Both the position numbers and the translations under genes were made by a program. Below, piece after piece: positions 10,659-19,247 of a DNA stretch of 64,000 bases (the first letter of the stretch is position 1; every line of letters starts with the position of its first letter). This DNA comes from an uncultured Poribacteria bacterium (GTDB taxonomy: Bacteria > Poribacteria > WGA-4E > WGA-3G). The DNA is taken from contig OX638351.1 of assembly GCA_951813565.1 (NCBI GenBank), positions 1,472,001 through 1,536,000 on the forward strand, read 5' to 3'. The notes beneath the pieces were generated by a model. It did no database searches. It was not told the DNA's origin and saw only the letters and a program-made list of their open reading frames with translations.

Positions 10659-11462
10659 ATGAAAAACAATGACTTCCAAGTTGATTTAACTGATGAACAG
10701 GTTGCCTTTTTTCAAGAGAACGGATATCTGAGCATTCCGCGGATTACAACAGATGAAGAGATTGAATGGCTCAAGGGCATTTACGATGAACTCTTCACTG
10801 AACGCACAGGTGAGGAGCAGGGACGCTATTTTGATTTGGCAGGTCCCCGGGCACATACTGGACAAGAGACACTGCCGCAAGTATTAGGTCCAGAAGCACA
10901 ATTTCCTGAACTCCGCGAATCTGTCTATTTCCAAAATGCACAACGACTCGCGGCAAAGCTGCTCAGTGTTGAAAAAGAAAAGGTTGGCGGTGGTGGACAC
11001 ATGATTTTGAAGCCTGCACACTACGGCAACGAAACACCGTGGCATCAGGACGAGGCATATTGGAATCCGGAAGTCTTGCCGCATAGTTTAAGCGTATGGC
11101 TTCCGCTTGACAAAGCAACGCTTGAAAGTGGATGTCTTCATTTTATTCCGAAGTCTCACAAAGGCGAAGTACGTTGGCATCGGCATATTAACGATGATCC
11201 GCTTGTGCATGGCTTGGTAACCGATGATGTTGATGTCTCGGAAGCAGTTGCATGTCCGATACCAGCAGGCGGTGCTACGTTCCATCACTGTCGGACTTTA
11301 CACTATTCTGCGCCGAACAGCACTGCACAAGAACGTAGGGCATATATTCTTGTCTTCAGCGGTCCACCACAAAAATTGGATAACCCGGCAGAACGTCCGT
11401 GGATAAAAGAGGAGCAGGAGGCACTCGCAAAACTAAAATCGTTAGCAGCAGATAGGGAATAG
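10659..11462 (+). CDS. Phytanoyl-CoA dioxygenase (PhyH) family protein
   Basis: PWHQDEAYW, SVWLPLD, GCLHFIPKSH, HHCRTLHYS. Confidence 0.9.
   Translation: MKNNDFQVDLTDEQVAFFQENGYLSIPRITTDEEIEWLKGIYDELFTERTGEEQGRYFDLAGPRAHTGQETLPQVLGPEAQFPELRESVYFQNAQRLAAKLLSVEKEKVGGGGHMILKPAHYGNETPWHQDEAYWNPEVLPHSLSVWLPLDKATLESGCLHFIPKSHKGEVRWHRHINDDPLVHGLVTDDVDVSEAVACPIPAGGATFHHCRTLHYSAPNSTAQERRAYILVFSGPPQKLDNPAERPWIKEEQEALAKLKSLAADRE
11394..11462 (+). repeat. R1: 3' end of PhyH gene, source of a 4-copy direct repeat
   Basis: cgtccgtggataaaagaggag...gatagggaatag, repeated at 12259, 13491 and 14354. Confidence 0.95.
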
Positions 11463-11506
11463 TAATTACATATTATAAAGTAGCAGGCACACTGAATTAA
11501 TCAACA

Positions 11507-11845
11507 ATGCGTGATGTACAAACACGAGAGATACAATATTACCGAACTTCAGATGGGCAAAGACCTTTTATAGAATGGTTGGAATCAATCTGAAATACGA
11601 ACACACAAGCTCGAATCCAGGCTCGACTTGAACGGCTTGAAGATGGCAATTTTGGCGACTGTCAATCTGTTGGTGATGGTGTATTTGAGTTACGGATCCA
11701 TTTTGGAGCAGGTTATCGAATCTATTTTGGACAAGTAGGGAACACAATCGTTCTTTTATTATGTGGTGGAGACAAATCATCACAAACGCGTGATATTGAA
11801 CGGGCAAAAATATATTGGCAAGAATATAAGGAGGCACATCAGTGA
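11507..11845 (+). pseudogene. RelE/HigB-type addiction-module toxin, nonsense-inactivated copy
   Basis: Near-identical to 13603-13941 but codon 29 is TGA instead of CGA (11591-11593). Confidence 0.9.
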
Positions 11846-12222
11846 GAAAAATGGGAATGTGGCGCGAGTACCTTATTGAAAAACTTGCTGACAGAGAAAG
11901 CGCAATTAACTATCTCCAAGCTATCCTTGAAGACTATCAAATTTTTGAGGATTCGACAGTCGTTCTAAGATCTCTCCATACCGTTGTTGAAGCGCAGGGT
12001 GGTGTTTCGGAACTGGCAAAGCAGACAGATATGGACCCACAAGTGCTTTCGAAAGTCCTATCTAATGAAGGGACACCTTTGATTGATGTTCTTACAGTTG
12101 TCCTTAAATCGCTTGGCTATCAACTTTCGATCCAACCGATAGACCCTGAAAACCTAAACTTTGAAGCGTTCGCTGATGTGTTAGAGACACAAAACACATC
12201 GACACAGATAGCAGAAAATTAG
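11842..12222 (+). CDS. Addiction-module antitoxin (HTH, HigA/HI1420-like), copy 1
   Basis: [13 protein letters not shown]...[16 protein letters not shown]; overlaps toxin stop (GTGA). Confidence 0.85.
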   Translation: MRKMGMWREYLIEKLADRESAINYLQAILEDYQIFEDSTVVLRSLHTVVEAQGGVSELAKQTDMDPQVLSKVLSNEGTPLIDVLTVVLKSLGYQLSIQPIDPENLNFEAFADVLETQNTSTQIAEN

Positions 12223-12258
12223 TTACATGCAAAAGGAACATGAGAAAAACCCGCGCAC

Positions 12259-12327
12259 CGTCCGTGGATAAAAGAGGAGCAGGAGGCACTCGCAAAACTA
12301 AAATCGTTAGCAGCAGATAGGGAATAG
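12259..12327 (+). repeat. R2: copy of PhyH 3' end
   Basis: 69/69 identical to 11394-11462 by eye. Confidence 0.95.
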
Positions 12328-12344
12328 CACAAACGAGCATTCTT

Positions 12345-12495
12345 GTAGGAGGGCTTTCTAAGCCCGATTTACAAGACGCAGCGTTCGTAGTCGCGCAATT
12401 CATTGCGTCTCTTACATTGTGTCAAAATACATTCTTGTAGGAGGGGTTTTCAACCCCGATTTCCTTCTTGTCCGAGCGAGTTCCAACTCGCGACC
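12345..12495. repeat. Cluster of GTAG-type REP-like hairpins
   Basis: gtaggagggctttctaagcccgattt, gtagtcgcgcaattcattgcg, gtaggaggggttttcaaccccgattt, gagcgagttccaactcgcgac; relatives near 18054, 19310, 35040, 39603, 42374, 55672. Confidence 0.8.
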
Positions 12496-12821
12496 TTTAG
12501 ACTAAACGGCTTAACAAACGAAAAATTGAATGCCGCTGATAAATTTTTACTTGACAAACACTATTTGCTTATGTAATAATTAATATTACAATAAATTTTT
12601 AAGTGATGAGATGCCCCAATTATGTCAACATTTCAAAATACCAACATTCAGAGGACTATTGAAAACATCACCGAAATGCCACAAAAAATAGGAATTCCGA
12701 CAGAATATCAAAAGTTACCAAAAATAAAAAAAACTAAAATTAATAATTCTCCAAAAAACACCTATAAACCCAGTCAAATACTGGATTTAAAGCAATATTC
12801 AAAAAGTTACCACGGTATGAA

Positions 12822-12845
12822 AAAAGTTACCAAATGGTAACTTTT
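12822..12845. promoter_or_regulatory. Palindromic operator-like site AAAAGTTACCA-aa-TGGTAACTTTT
   Basis: Perfect 11-bp inverted repeat; extra half-sites at 12710-12720 and 12802-12812. Confidence 0.55.
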
Positions 12846-12926
12846 CCATGCAAATAATCCTGTGAAATTATACCATTTCTGATATTAACTCTTTTCTTCT
12901 TTTGTTAATAATCGTTCTGGTGAGAG

Positions 12927-13421
12927 GTGGTACAAATGAATTTCTCAAACCTGCTTGAAAAATGGGGAATGGCATCTTTGGAAATCACGCCTCTTTTTCT
13001 GCAAATGGAGTGGACTCCAAAGGATGCGGATAAAAATGCCGCTTGGGCACTCTATATCGAATTGCTTACACGGATTACGACACAACCATTGCCCGTCGAA
13101 CACGGTGATGAAAAAACAGCTTTGGATAGTGTGTATTCACTGTTCGAAACGACAAGAGAAGTTATCAGAGAACATGGACCGGAGTGTATTAACTTTACAA
13201 AAATCGCAATTGTTGTTCTTAACCAAGTGATCCGTCCTTTTACCGCAAAGTGGCACCGAAAAAGTATAGCAGGAGACTTTGAGGACGAAACAGAACGCAC
13301 CGTTTTTCGAGACGAATTGGCTGCACTACAGCAGGAATTACGTAAATATTCTCAAATGTTGGCGGATATTGCTGATGTTGAAGACTTAACTAATCTTGAG
13401 GGGACAGAGGACACTGCGTAA
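12927..13421 (+). CDS. Hypothetical protein (helical; WALYIELLTRI...LNQVIRPFTAKWH)
   Basis: 164-aa ORF with protein-like composition; cargo between R2 and R3. Confidence 0.8.
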   Translation: MVQMNFSNLLEKWGMASLEITPLFLQMEWTPKDADKNAAWALYIELLTRITTQPLPVEHGDEKTALDSVYSLFETTREVIREHGPECINFTKIAIVVLNQVIRPFTAKWHRKSIAGDFEDETERTVFRDELAALQQELRKYSQMLADIADVEDLTNLEGTEDTA

Positions 13422-13490
13422 ATGTAGTCGTTCAAAACAATTTAAGTCTTTACTCAAAAACGGTTTTGGGATTCTCCGTTTACCGCGCAC

Positions 13491-13558
13491 CGTCCATGGC
13501 AAAAAGAGGAGCAGGAGGCACTCACAAACTTAAGTCGTTGGCGGCAGATAGGGAATAG
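13491..13558 (+). repeat. R3: diverged copy of PhyH 3' end
   Basis: cgtccatggcaaaaagaggagcaggaggcactc...gatagggaatag; several substitutions and a 1-bp deletion. Confidence 0.9.
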
Positions 13559-13602
13559 CAATTACATATTATAAAGTAGCAGGCACACTGAATTAATCAA
13601 CA

Positions 13603-13941
13603 ATGCGTGATGTACAAACACGAGAGATACAATATTACCGAACTTCAGATGGGCAAAGACCTTTTATAGAATGGTTGGAATCAATCCGAAATACGAACAC
13701 ACAAGCTCGAATCCAGGCTCGACTTGAACGGCTTGAAGATGGTAATTTTGGCGACTGTCAATCTGTTGGTGATGGTGTATTTGAGTTACGGATCCATTTT
13801 GGAGCAGGTTATCGAATCTATTTTGGACAAGTAGGGAACACAATCGTTCTTTTATTATGTGGTGGAGACAAATCATCACAAACGCGTGATATTGAACGGG
13901 CAAAAATATATTGGCAAGAATATAAGGAGGCACATCAGTGA
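13603..13941 (+). CDS. RelE/HigB-type addiction-module toxin (intact copy)
   Basis: [43 protein letters not shown]. Confidence 0.92.
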   Translation: MRDVQTREIQYYRTSDGQRPFIEWLESIRNTNTQARIQARLERLEDGNFGDCQSVGDGVFELRIHFGAGYRIYFGQVGNTIVLLLCGGDKSSQTRDIERAKIYWQEYKEAHQ

Positions 13942-14318
13942 GAAAAATGGGAATGTGGCGCGAGTACCTTATTGAAAAACTTGCTGACAGAGAAAGCGCA
14001 ATTAACTATCTCCAAGCTATCCTTGAAGACTATCAAATTTTTGAGGATTCGACAGTCGTTCTAAGATCTCTCCATACCGTTGTTGAAGCGCAGGGTGGTG
14101 TTTCTGAACTGGCAAAGCAGACAGATATGGACCCACAAGTGCTTTCGAAAGTCCTATCTAATGAAGGGACACCTTTGATTGATGTTCTTACAGTTGTCCT
14201 TAAAGCACTGGGCTATCAACTTTCGATCCAACCGATAGACCCTGAAAACCTAAACCTTGAAGCGTTCGCTGATGTGTTAGAGACACAAAACACATCGACA
14301 CGGATAGCAGAAAATTAG
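13938..14318 (+). CDS. Addiction-module antitoxin, copy 2
   Basis: 3 aa differences from 11842-12222. Confidence 0.85.
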   Translation: MRKMGMWREYLIEKLADRESAINYLQAILEDYQIFEDSTVVLRSLHTVVEAQGGVSELAKQTDMDPQVLSKVLSNEGTPLIDVLTVVLKALGYQLSIQPIDPENLNLEAFADVLETQNTSTRIAEN

Positions 14319-14353
14319 TTACATGCAAAAGGAACATGAGAAAAACCGCGCAC

Positions 14354-14422
14354 CGTCCGTGGATAAAAGAGGAGCAGGAGGCACTCGCAAAACTTAAATC
14401 GTTAGCAGCAGATAGGGTGTAG
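14354..14422 (+). repeat. R4: copy of PhyH 3' end
   Basis: Near-identical to R1; ends gatagggtgtag, followed by a diverged copy of the post-stop acatatta..aaagtag..ggcacac segment. Confidence 0.93.
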
Positions 14423-14545
14423 CAGCTACATATTAAAAGTAGTCGGCACACCAAAAAGGCACAGAGTATTCGCGCCTACAAACGCAACCTAACAAACTGA
14501 CAGCACGGAGACGCTAAATCCGCTTATATTTATGAAAGGAACTTT

Positions 14546-14977
14546 ATGGGAAGTGTTTATATCTTGAAGAACAAGGCAATGCCGAACTTAGTAAAAATCG
14601 GATTTACGGAGACACAAACTGCACAAGCTCGAGCAGATCAACTTTATCATGGCTATAATGATAGCGTAGGAACAGGTGTCCCGCTGCCTTTTGATGTTGT
14701 TCATGAAGAATTATGTGACAATCCAAAGGAACTTGAAACCTTGATACATCAAGAACTTGCTGAATTGCGTCCTAACAAAGATCGTGAGTTTTTCACATTT
14801 CCAGAACCATCAGAAGCGATACAAAAACTTAAAGAAGTTCATAAACGCCTGCCATCACATGCTAACTGTGTTAGTTCTGACAGTCTTTGGAGAAAGTGGA
14901 CATCACAATTTTTGACACGTTTCAGTAAACTCTCCAACAAGAGAACGCCAGCACCTAAAGAGGAGGAACAATTTTGA
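14546..14977 (+). CDS. T5orf172 domain (GIY-YIG superfamily) protein
   Basis: GSVYILKN..MPNLVKIGFT..RADQL..TGVPLPF..LETLIHQEL..RPNKDREFF. Confidence 0.85.
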   Translation: MGSVYILKNKAMPNLVKIGFTETQTAQARADQLYHGYNDSVGTGVPLPFDVVHEELCDNPKELETLIHQELAELRPNKDREFFTFPEPSEAIQKLKEVHKRLPSHANCVSSDSLWRKWTSQFLTRFSKLSNKRTPAPKEEEQF

Positions 14978-16491
14978 ACGGTAAACCTCATTATAGTGCG
15001 GACAGCGGTTTTGCTTGTGCAGCTGCAGGCAGAGGAATAACAGAGGCACTACAAGAACATCTTAATGTTATTATCCGTGATGAGAATCTTGAAATCGCAT
15101 TCAACAACGATTATTATCAGGCAGAGATAGAAACTTTAGTTCAGGATAGAGATGAACTTGAGAATCGGAAGGTTCAACGACTAAATGCTATCAGCGAGGC
15201 AACTAAAGAACTTGAAACAAAGGGAATAGAATTAGCCGAGTTGAAAGTAAAAATGGAATCCCCAGTAGAAATCTTGGAAACATCGGAAGGTTCACGTATT
15301 GTGGAACTAAACGAAAAAATTGAAGAAAAGATTTCAGATATGGAATCCAAGAAAGCAGAGAAAGCCAAAATCGAAACAGATTTAGAATCACCAACCCAAG
15401 TTGAATTAGATGCTCTGACCACTGATGGAACAGTTCACCAACCCGATGCAAACTGGTTCTCTAAATTACGAAACTGGTTTTCTAATGTCTTCGCGGTGCT
15501 TCCAAAAGGTATTTTCGCTGCGTTTGCCACAGTTATTGTTATCGCACTATTTGGCTATCTCTATCTTTTCTATGTGTCTGCAGGAGAAAAAATAGTCAAA
15601 TCAAGTGATGAAATGGATTTAACTGCTCTTATTGACTACGAGGCGTTAGACAGATCATGGCAATCGAATGCTTGGTTGATTCTTATGTTTCCTTCTATAT
15701 TCATCTTCCTTGCAATTGCAACCCATCTAAGTATGGAATCTGAGAAATGGACAAAATGGTTATATTTTGGTGGTTTTTTGGTAGCCACCTTCTTGATTGA
15801 AGGAATAATTGGATGGCGGATTGCACATAACATAATTGAGGCACAGAAAGCAGCATCAACAAACGGACAGAATCAAGATAGTTTCAGACTACTATTCTTA
15901 CTTTTTCTTTTCTTAGGTTTTGGTCCTTCAGTCCTGTTAGGTTTAGGCTTACAGTGGATATTAGGATTATGGGAAAACATCCGCCCACAACATGACAAGT
16001 CTAAGCAGGTGGAAATGCAGATTAGATCAGAAAAGAATGAAAAACTGGTTGAATTATCTGTTTTAAACACTGAAATCCAAAATTTAGAAGAAGGTTTGAG
16101 TCGACTTCATGAAGACAAACAAGACTATTCAGAATCACTTATGAAAACATATAGGCATCCGATTGAAACCCAAATTGCTGGCTTAGATACTGAAATTCAA
16201 AGTATTCAAGACAAAATTCAATTGCTTAACGAGCAGGTTGACAGCCTTCAAATGGAAATTGATCGTTGTGAAGCCGAGATTAGCACACACTTAAAAGGGC
16301 AACGTGAAAGAGTTCTTGACATAAAAAAGATGGAAGCACAAGCTAATGAATTCGTGACGGGATGGTGTCGGTATGTAGCACAATGTAGAACCGATCTTCA
16401 ACCCCAGGAAATCTCAAGTCAAATCACCGATATCCAAGAACTTGCCAAGCAGACACTTGAGAATTTCAAAACAACTCTTAAAACAGTTTAG
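14974..16491 (+). CDS. Coiled-coil membrane protein (about 4 TM segments between long coiled coils)
   Basis: Hydrophobic central segments flanked by E/K/L heptad-rich regions; overlaps upstream stop. Confidence 0.8.
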   Translation: MNGKPHYSADSGFACAAAGRGITEALQEHLNVIIRDENLEIAFNNDYYQAEIETLVQDRDELENRKVQRLNAISEATKELETKGIELAELKVKMESPVEILETSEGSRIVELNEKIEEKISDMESKKAEKAKIETDLESPTQVELDALTTDGTVHQPDANWFSKLRNWFSNVFAVLPKGIFAAFATVIVIALFGYLYLFYVSAGEKIVKSSDEMDLTALIDYEALDRSWQSNAWLILMFPSIFIFLAIATHLSMESEKWTKWLYFGGFLVATFLIEGIIGWRIAHNIIEAQKAASTNGQNQDSFRLLFLLFLFLGFGPSVLLGLGLQWILGLWENIRPQHDKSKQVEMQIRSEKNEKLVELSVLNTEIQNLEEGLSRLHEDKQDYSESLMKTYRHPIETQIAGLDTEIQSIQDKIQLLNEQVDSLQMEIDRCEAEISTHLKGQRERVLDIKKMEAQANEFVTGWCRYVAQCRTDLQPQEISSQITDIQELAKQTLENFKTTLKTV

Positions 16492-16501
16492 AGGTTTTTA
16501 T

Positions 16502-17371
16502 ATGAAAAGAATTAATGTTGTTGTAGTAATGTATATTCTATTTCTTATTTTACTAAATGTTAGTCATTCGGATAGTAAGGTATCAGATGCTCCCGTAAAT
16601 ATCATCGTTATTATTGATACGTCGGATCGTATTTCCAAAGAAAAACATCCCGACCAAAGAGAAAGAGACATTGACATTCTAAAAGAGATTGTTGATCAGT
16701 TTTATAAACTTGTTGAACCCACCATCATGAAAGGTGGCACAATTAAAACTCCACATAGTCTTACTTTTGTAGTTCCACCTCAACTCAAAACACAGAAGCC
16801 CCCGAATGAAATTATAAATATGTTGACAATTGAGGCACCAAAGAAACGTAGCGAAAATCCTGGATTCCAAAAAAAGAAGGTGGAATTAATTGATGCTATT
16901 TCCGAGTTATACGACCATGTTCAACAGAACCCACAAACCGGATCAGATATTTGGGATTGGTTTAGGTCTCAAGCCAAGCCATCCTTTTCGAAAAACCACC
17001 AGAACCTGGTAATCTGTCTTTCTGATGGCTACCTCAACTTTGATATTGACATTGAAGCGGAGCGTCCCAAAGGAACATGTATGAGGATTGGTGCAGTGCG
17101 TGATGATCCAGAAGCGGTCAACAAAATAAAAAATGGAAGTGAGGGGTTATTACCAGTAGCAAACTTCAGTGATTTCAATACAAAATTCTTGATGCTTGAA
17201 ATACGACTACGCGAAAAAAACGGAGTGAAGTATTTCCAAGATTTTGGCATTATTCAAGCGTATTGGGAGACATGGTTAAATGCTATGGGCATTAAGGACA
17301 TTAAACTTTTTGAACAACTGGGCACAGGAGGTTTGAAAAATATGATTGAAAACTTCATTCAATCAAAATAG
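16502..17371 (+). CDS. Exported vWA-like protein
   Basis: N-terminal signal-like stretch; IIVIIDTSDRIS (MIDAS-like), GSDIWDWF, VICLSDGY. Confidence 0.65.
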   Translation: MKRINVVVVMYILFLILLNVSHSDSKVSDAPVNIIVIIDTSDRISKEKHPDQRERDIDILKEIVDQFYKLVEPTIMKGGTIKTPHSLTFVVPPQLKTQKPPNEIINMLTIEAPKKRSENPGFQKKKVELIDAISELYDHVQQNPQTGSDIWDWFRSQAKPSFSKNHQNLVICLSDGYLNFDIDIEAERPKGTCMRIGAVRDDPEAVNKIKNGSEGLLPVANFSDFNTKFLMLEIRLREKNGVKYFQDFGIIQAYWETWLNAMGIKDIKLFEQLGTGGLKNMIENFIQSK

Positions 17372-17533
17372 TTAACACCTTGCTCAGTGGAGGCATTTAC
17401 AAATATCCGTTACAAAATACGTTTCACTACACGCACTGCGGTAAGACACTAAATCCCAGCACTTACAAAATTTCGTAGGTCGGTAGATCATAAGCGAAAT
17501 CCAACCTACGCGCTGCTTTGCAATCAATTTAAA

Positions 17534-17653
17534 GAAGGTTCCTAAACAATGAATATCTTCTGTACAGGCATCAGTTGTTCAGGACGCAAAAAATTAATCA
17601 AAGATTTTGAAGCACGCTGCGTCCAAAGAGAACTGAACATCGGCTTTTTTCAA
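17534..17653 (+). pseudogene. Duplicated 5' fragment of the NMP-kinase-like gene at 18208
   Basis: Aligns to 18193-18311 with about 8 substitutions and one extra T; encodes MNIFCTGISCSGRKKLIKDFE... Confidence 0.92.
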
Positions 17654-17883
17654 TCTCTTTGATGTTGTTTCACAGCAATATGTTTGTCAATCAGTTCAAG
17701 CACGGCGGGTACCAATTCTGTAGGAATCGCCATCAACGTGCTGGACTCATCCTGAAATGCAGCCTCATCTTCAGCAACAGCTTCATCCTCTGTTTGTTGT
17801 TCGTAATGTGCAATGACACTTTGTACGCGCGCTTCATCCCACCCAGGCGGAAATTTATTCTGCGTTATCCTCTGTTTCTCCAT
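17650..17883 (-). CDS. Small acidic hypothetical protein (possibly orphan antitoxin-like)
   Basis: 77 aa; FPPGWDEARVQSVIAHYE..EDEAVAEDEAA. Confidence 0.65.
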   Translation of the reverse strand: MEKQRITQNKFPPGWDEARVQSVIAHYEQQTEDEAVAEDEAAFQDESSTLMAIPTELVPAVLELIDKHIAVKQHQRD

Positions 17884-18131
17884 CGTCGGTATACCATTTT
17901 CTGGATTGTGATAAAAACGAATGTTCTTTATACTTCTGTCTCTCTAAAATTATAACGGACATCAAGTCCAAATCGCAAATCGTTTTGATATACAAATTCC
18001 TCAGATCCATTCAATTTTCCAATAATTTCTTTCTTACCCTAAAACCTCTTCCTGTAGGAGCGAGCTCCAGCTCGCGACCTTTAGACTAAGACGGGTAATA
18101 AACCGACAATTGAATGCCTCTGACAAATTCC

Positions 18132-18160
18132 TTGAATTCACACAACACTCGTGGTATACT
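18132..18160 (+). promoter_or_regulatory. Sigma70-like promoter
   Basis: TTGAAT-17 bp-TATACT with extended TG. Confidence 0.5.
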
Positions 18161-18207
18161 CCATAGTATATAAGCAGAGTTTCAGAATAAGTGAAGGTTA
18201 CGAAACA

Positions 18208-19239
18208 ATGAATATTTTCTGCACAGGCATCAGTTGTTCAGGACGCAAAGAGTTAATCAAAGATTTTGAAGCACTCTGCGTGCAAAGAGAACTGAACATC
18301 GGCTTTTTCAACGTTGGCGATTACATGCACCGAGTTGCTGCGGAATCACGCGTCCATTTCACAGAAAAGGTGCTCGATTCAGATCCGGCTGTTTTATCGT
18401 TAGCGCGACGCACTGCTTTCTACGAAATCGCAAGGGATGCCAAATTTTACGAACACGCCATCATAGGGCTACACGCCTGCTTCCGATGGCGTGGCAGTCT
18501 GCTTGAAGGATTCTCCTTTAAAGATATTGATATTATTCCGCCCGATATGTTCATCAACGTAGTTGACAATATCACAGACATCTACGCTCGGATGGAAAAA
18601 AGCACGCAATGGGCGGGTATCAAAAAAGCAGCACTCAATGTCTGGTTGGACGAGGAAGAATTTCTTACAAGACAGATTGCGCATCTCACAGAAAAACCGC
18701 ACTACACTGTTGCACGGCAACACGAACTCGCGAATTTCTATGAACTCCTTTTTTCAGACAAACCGAAATTCTATCTCAGCTACCCGATTACACTGCTAAG
18801 GGATACCCCAGAGGAGATTGAGAAAATTCGCAAACTCGGTGAAAAACTGCGCCACGCTTTTATTGTCTTTGATCCGCTGACAATTAAGGATATGGCACTT
18901 GTCACCTTCTCAAAAGCGGAGGCTGATGACGAAATGTTGAATGTGCCTGAAACGATGAGCGAATTGGACGATGACGTTATTGAGCAGATTAAAACGCGAA
19001 CTATTTCACGGGATTACCAGTTTGTCCACCAAAGCGATTTCGTTGTTGTGCTTTATCCTACAGACAAATTGTCGCCCGGTGTTCTCAGTGAGATGAACTA
19101 TGCTACCCGTCATAATAAGCCGGTATACGCCGTTTACAACGAAACGCGGAGCATCTTCTTTGAAAACTTATGTGATAAGATTTTTGACACCTTTGAGGAG
19201 TTAGACGATTTTTTGAAGGAAACGTACCAGAATAGATGA
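18208..19239 (+). CDS. NMP-kinase-like P-loop domain fused to nucleoside 2-deoxyribosyltransferase-like domain
   Basis: N-terminal TGISCSGR P-loop; C-terminal YLSYPIT..VFDPL..RDYQFVHQSDFVVV..SPGVLSEMNYA..KPVY. Confidence 0.65.
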   Translation: MNIFCTGISCSGRKELIKDFEALCVQRELNIGFFNVGDYMHRVAAESRVHFTEKVLDSDPAVLSLARRTAFYEIARDAKFYEHAIIGLHACFRWRGSLLEGFSFKDIDIIPPDMFINVVDNITDIYARMEKSTQWAGIKKAALNVWLDEEEFLTRQIAHLTEKPHYTVARQHELANFYELLFSDKPKFYLSYPITLLRDTPEEIEKIRKLGEKLRHAFIVFDPLTIKDMALVTFSKAEADDEMLNVPETMSELDDDVIEQIKTRTISRDYQFVHQSDFVVVLYPTDKLSPGVLSEMNYATRHNKPVYAVYNETRSIFFENLCDKIFDTFEELDDFLKETYQNR

Positions 19240-19247
19240 AGTAAGAC

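Noticed and set aside
11591..11593. Selenocysteine or readthrough TGA in the toxin
   Set aside because: The sister copy has Arg (CGA); a C>T nonsense change is simpler
12622..12840. 72-aa ORF as a real gene
   Set aside because: Low-complexity K/N/T-rich translation of AT-rich DNA overlapping the repeated operator-like motifs
11394..14422. CRISPR array or classical integron attC array
   Set aside because: Repeats are a coding gene end about 0.8-1.2 kb apart, lack RYYYAAC/GTTRRRY-bounded palindromes, and no IntI or cas gene is present
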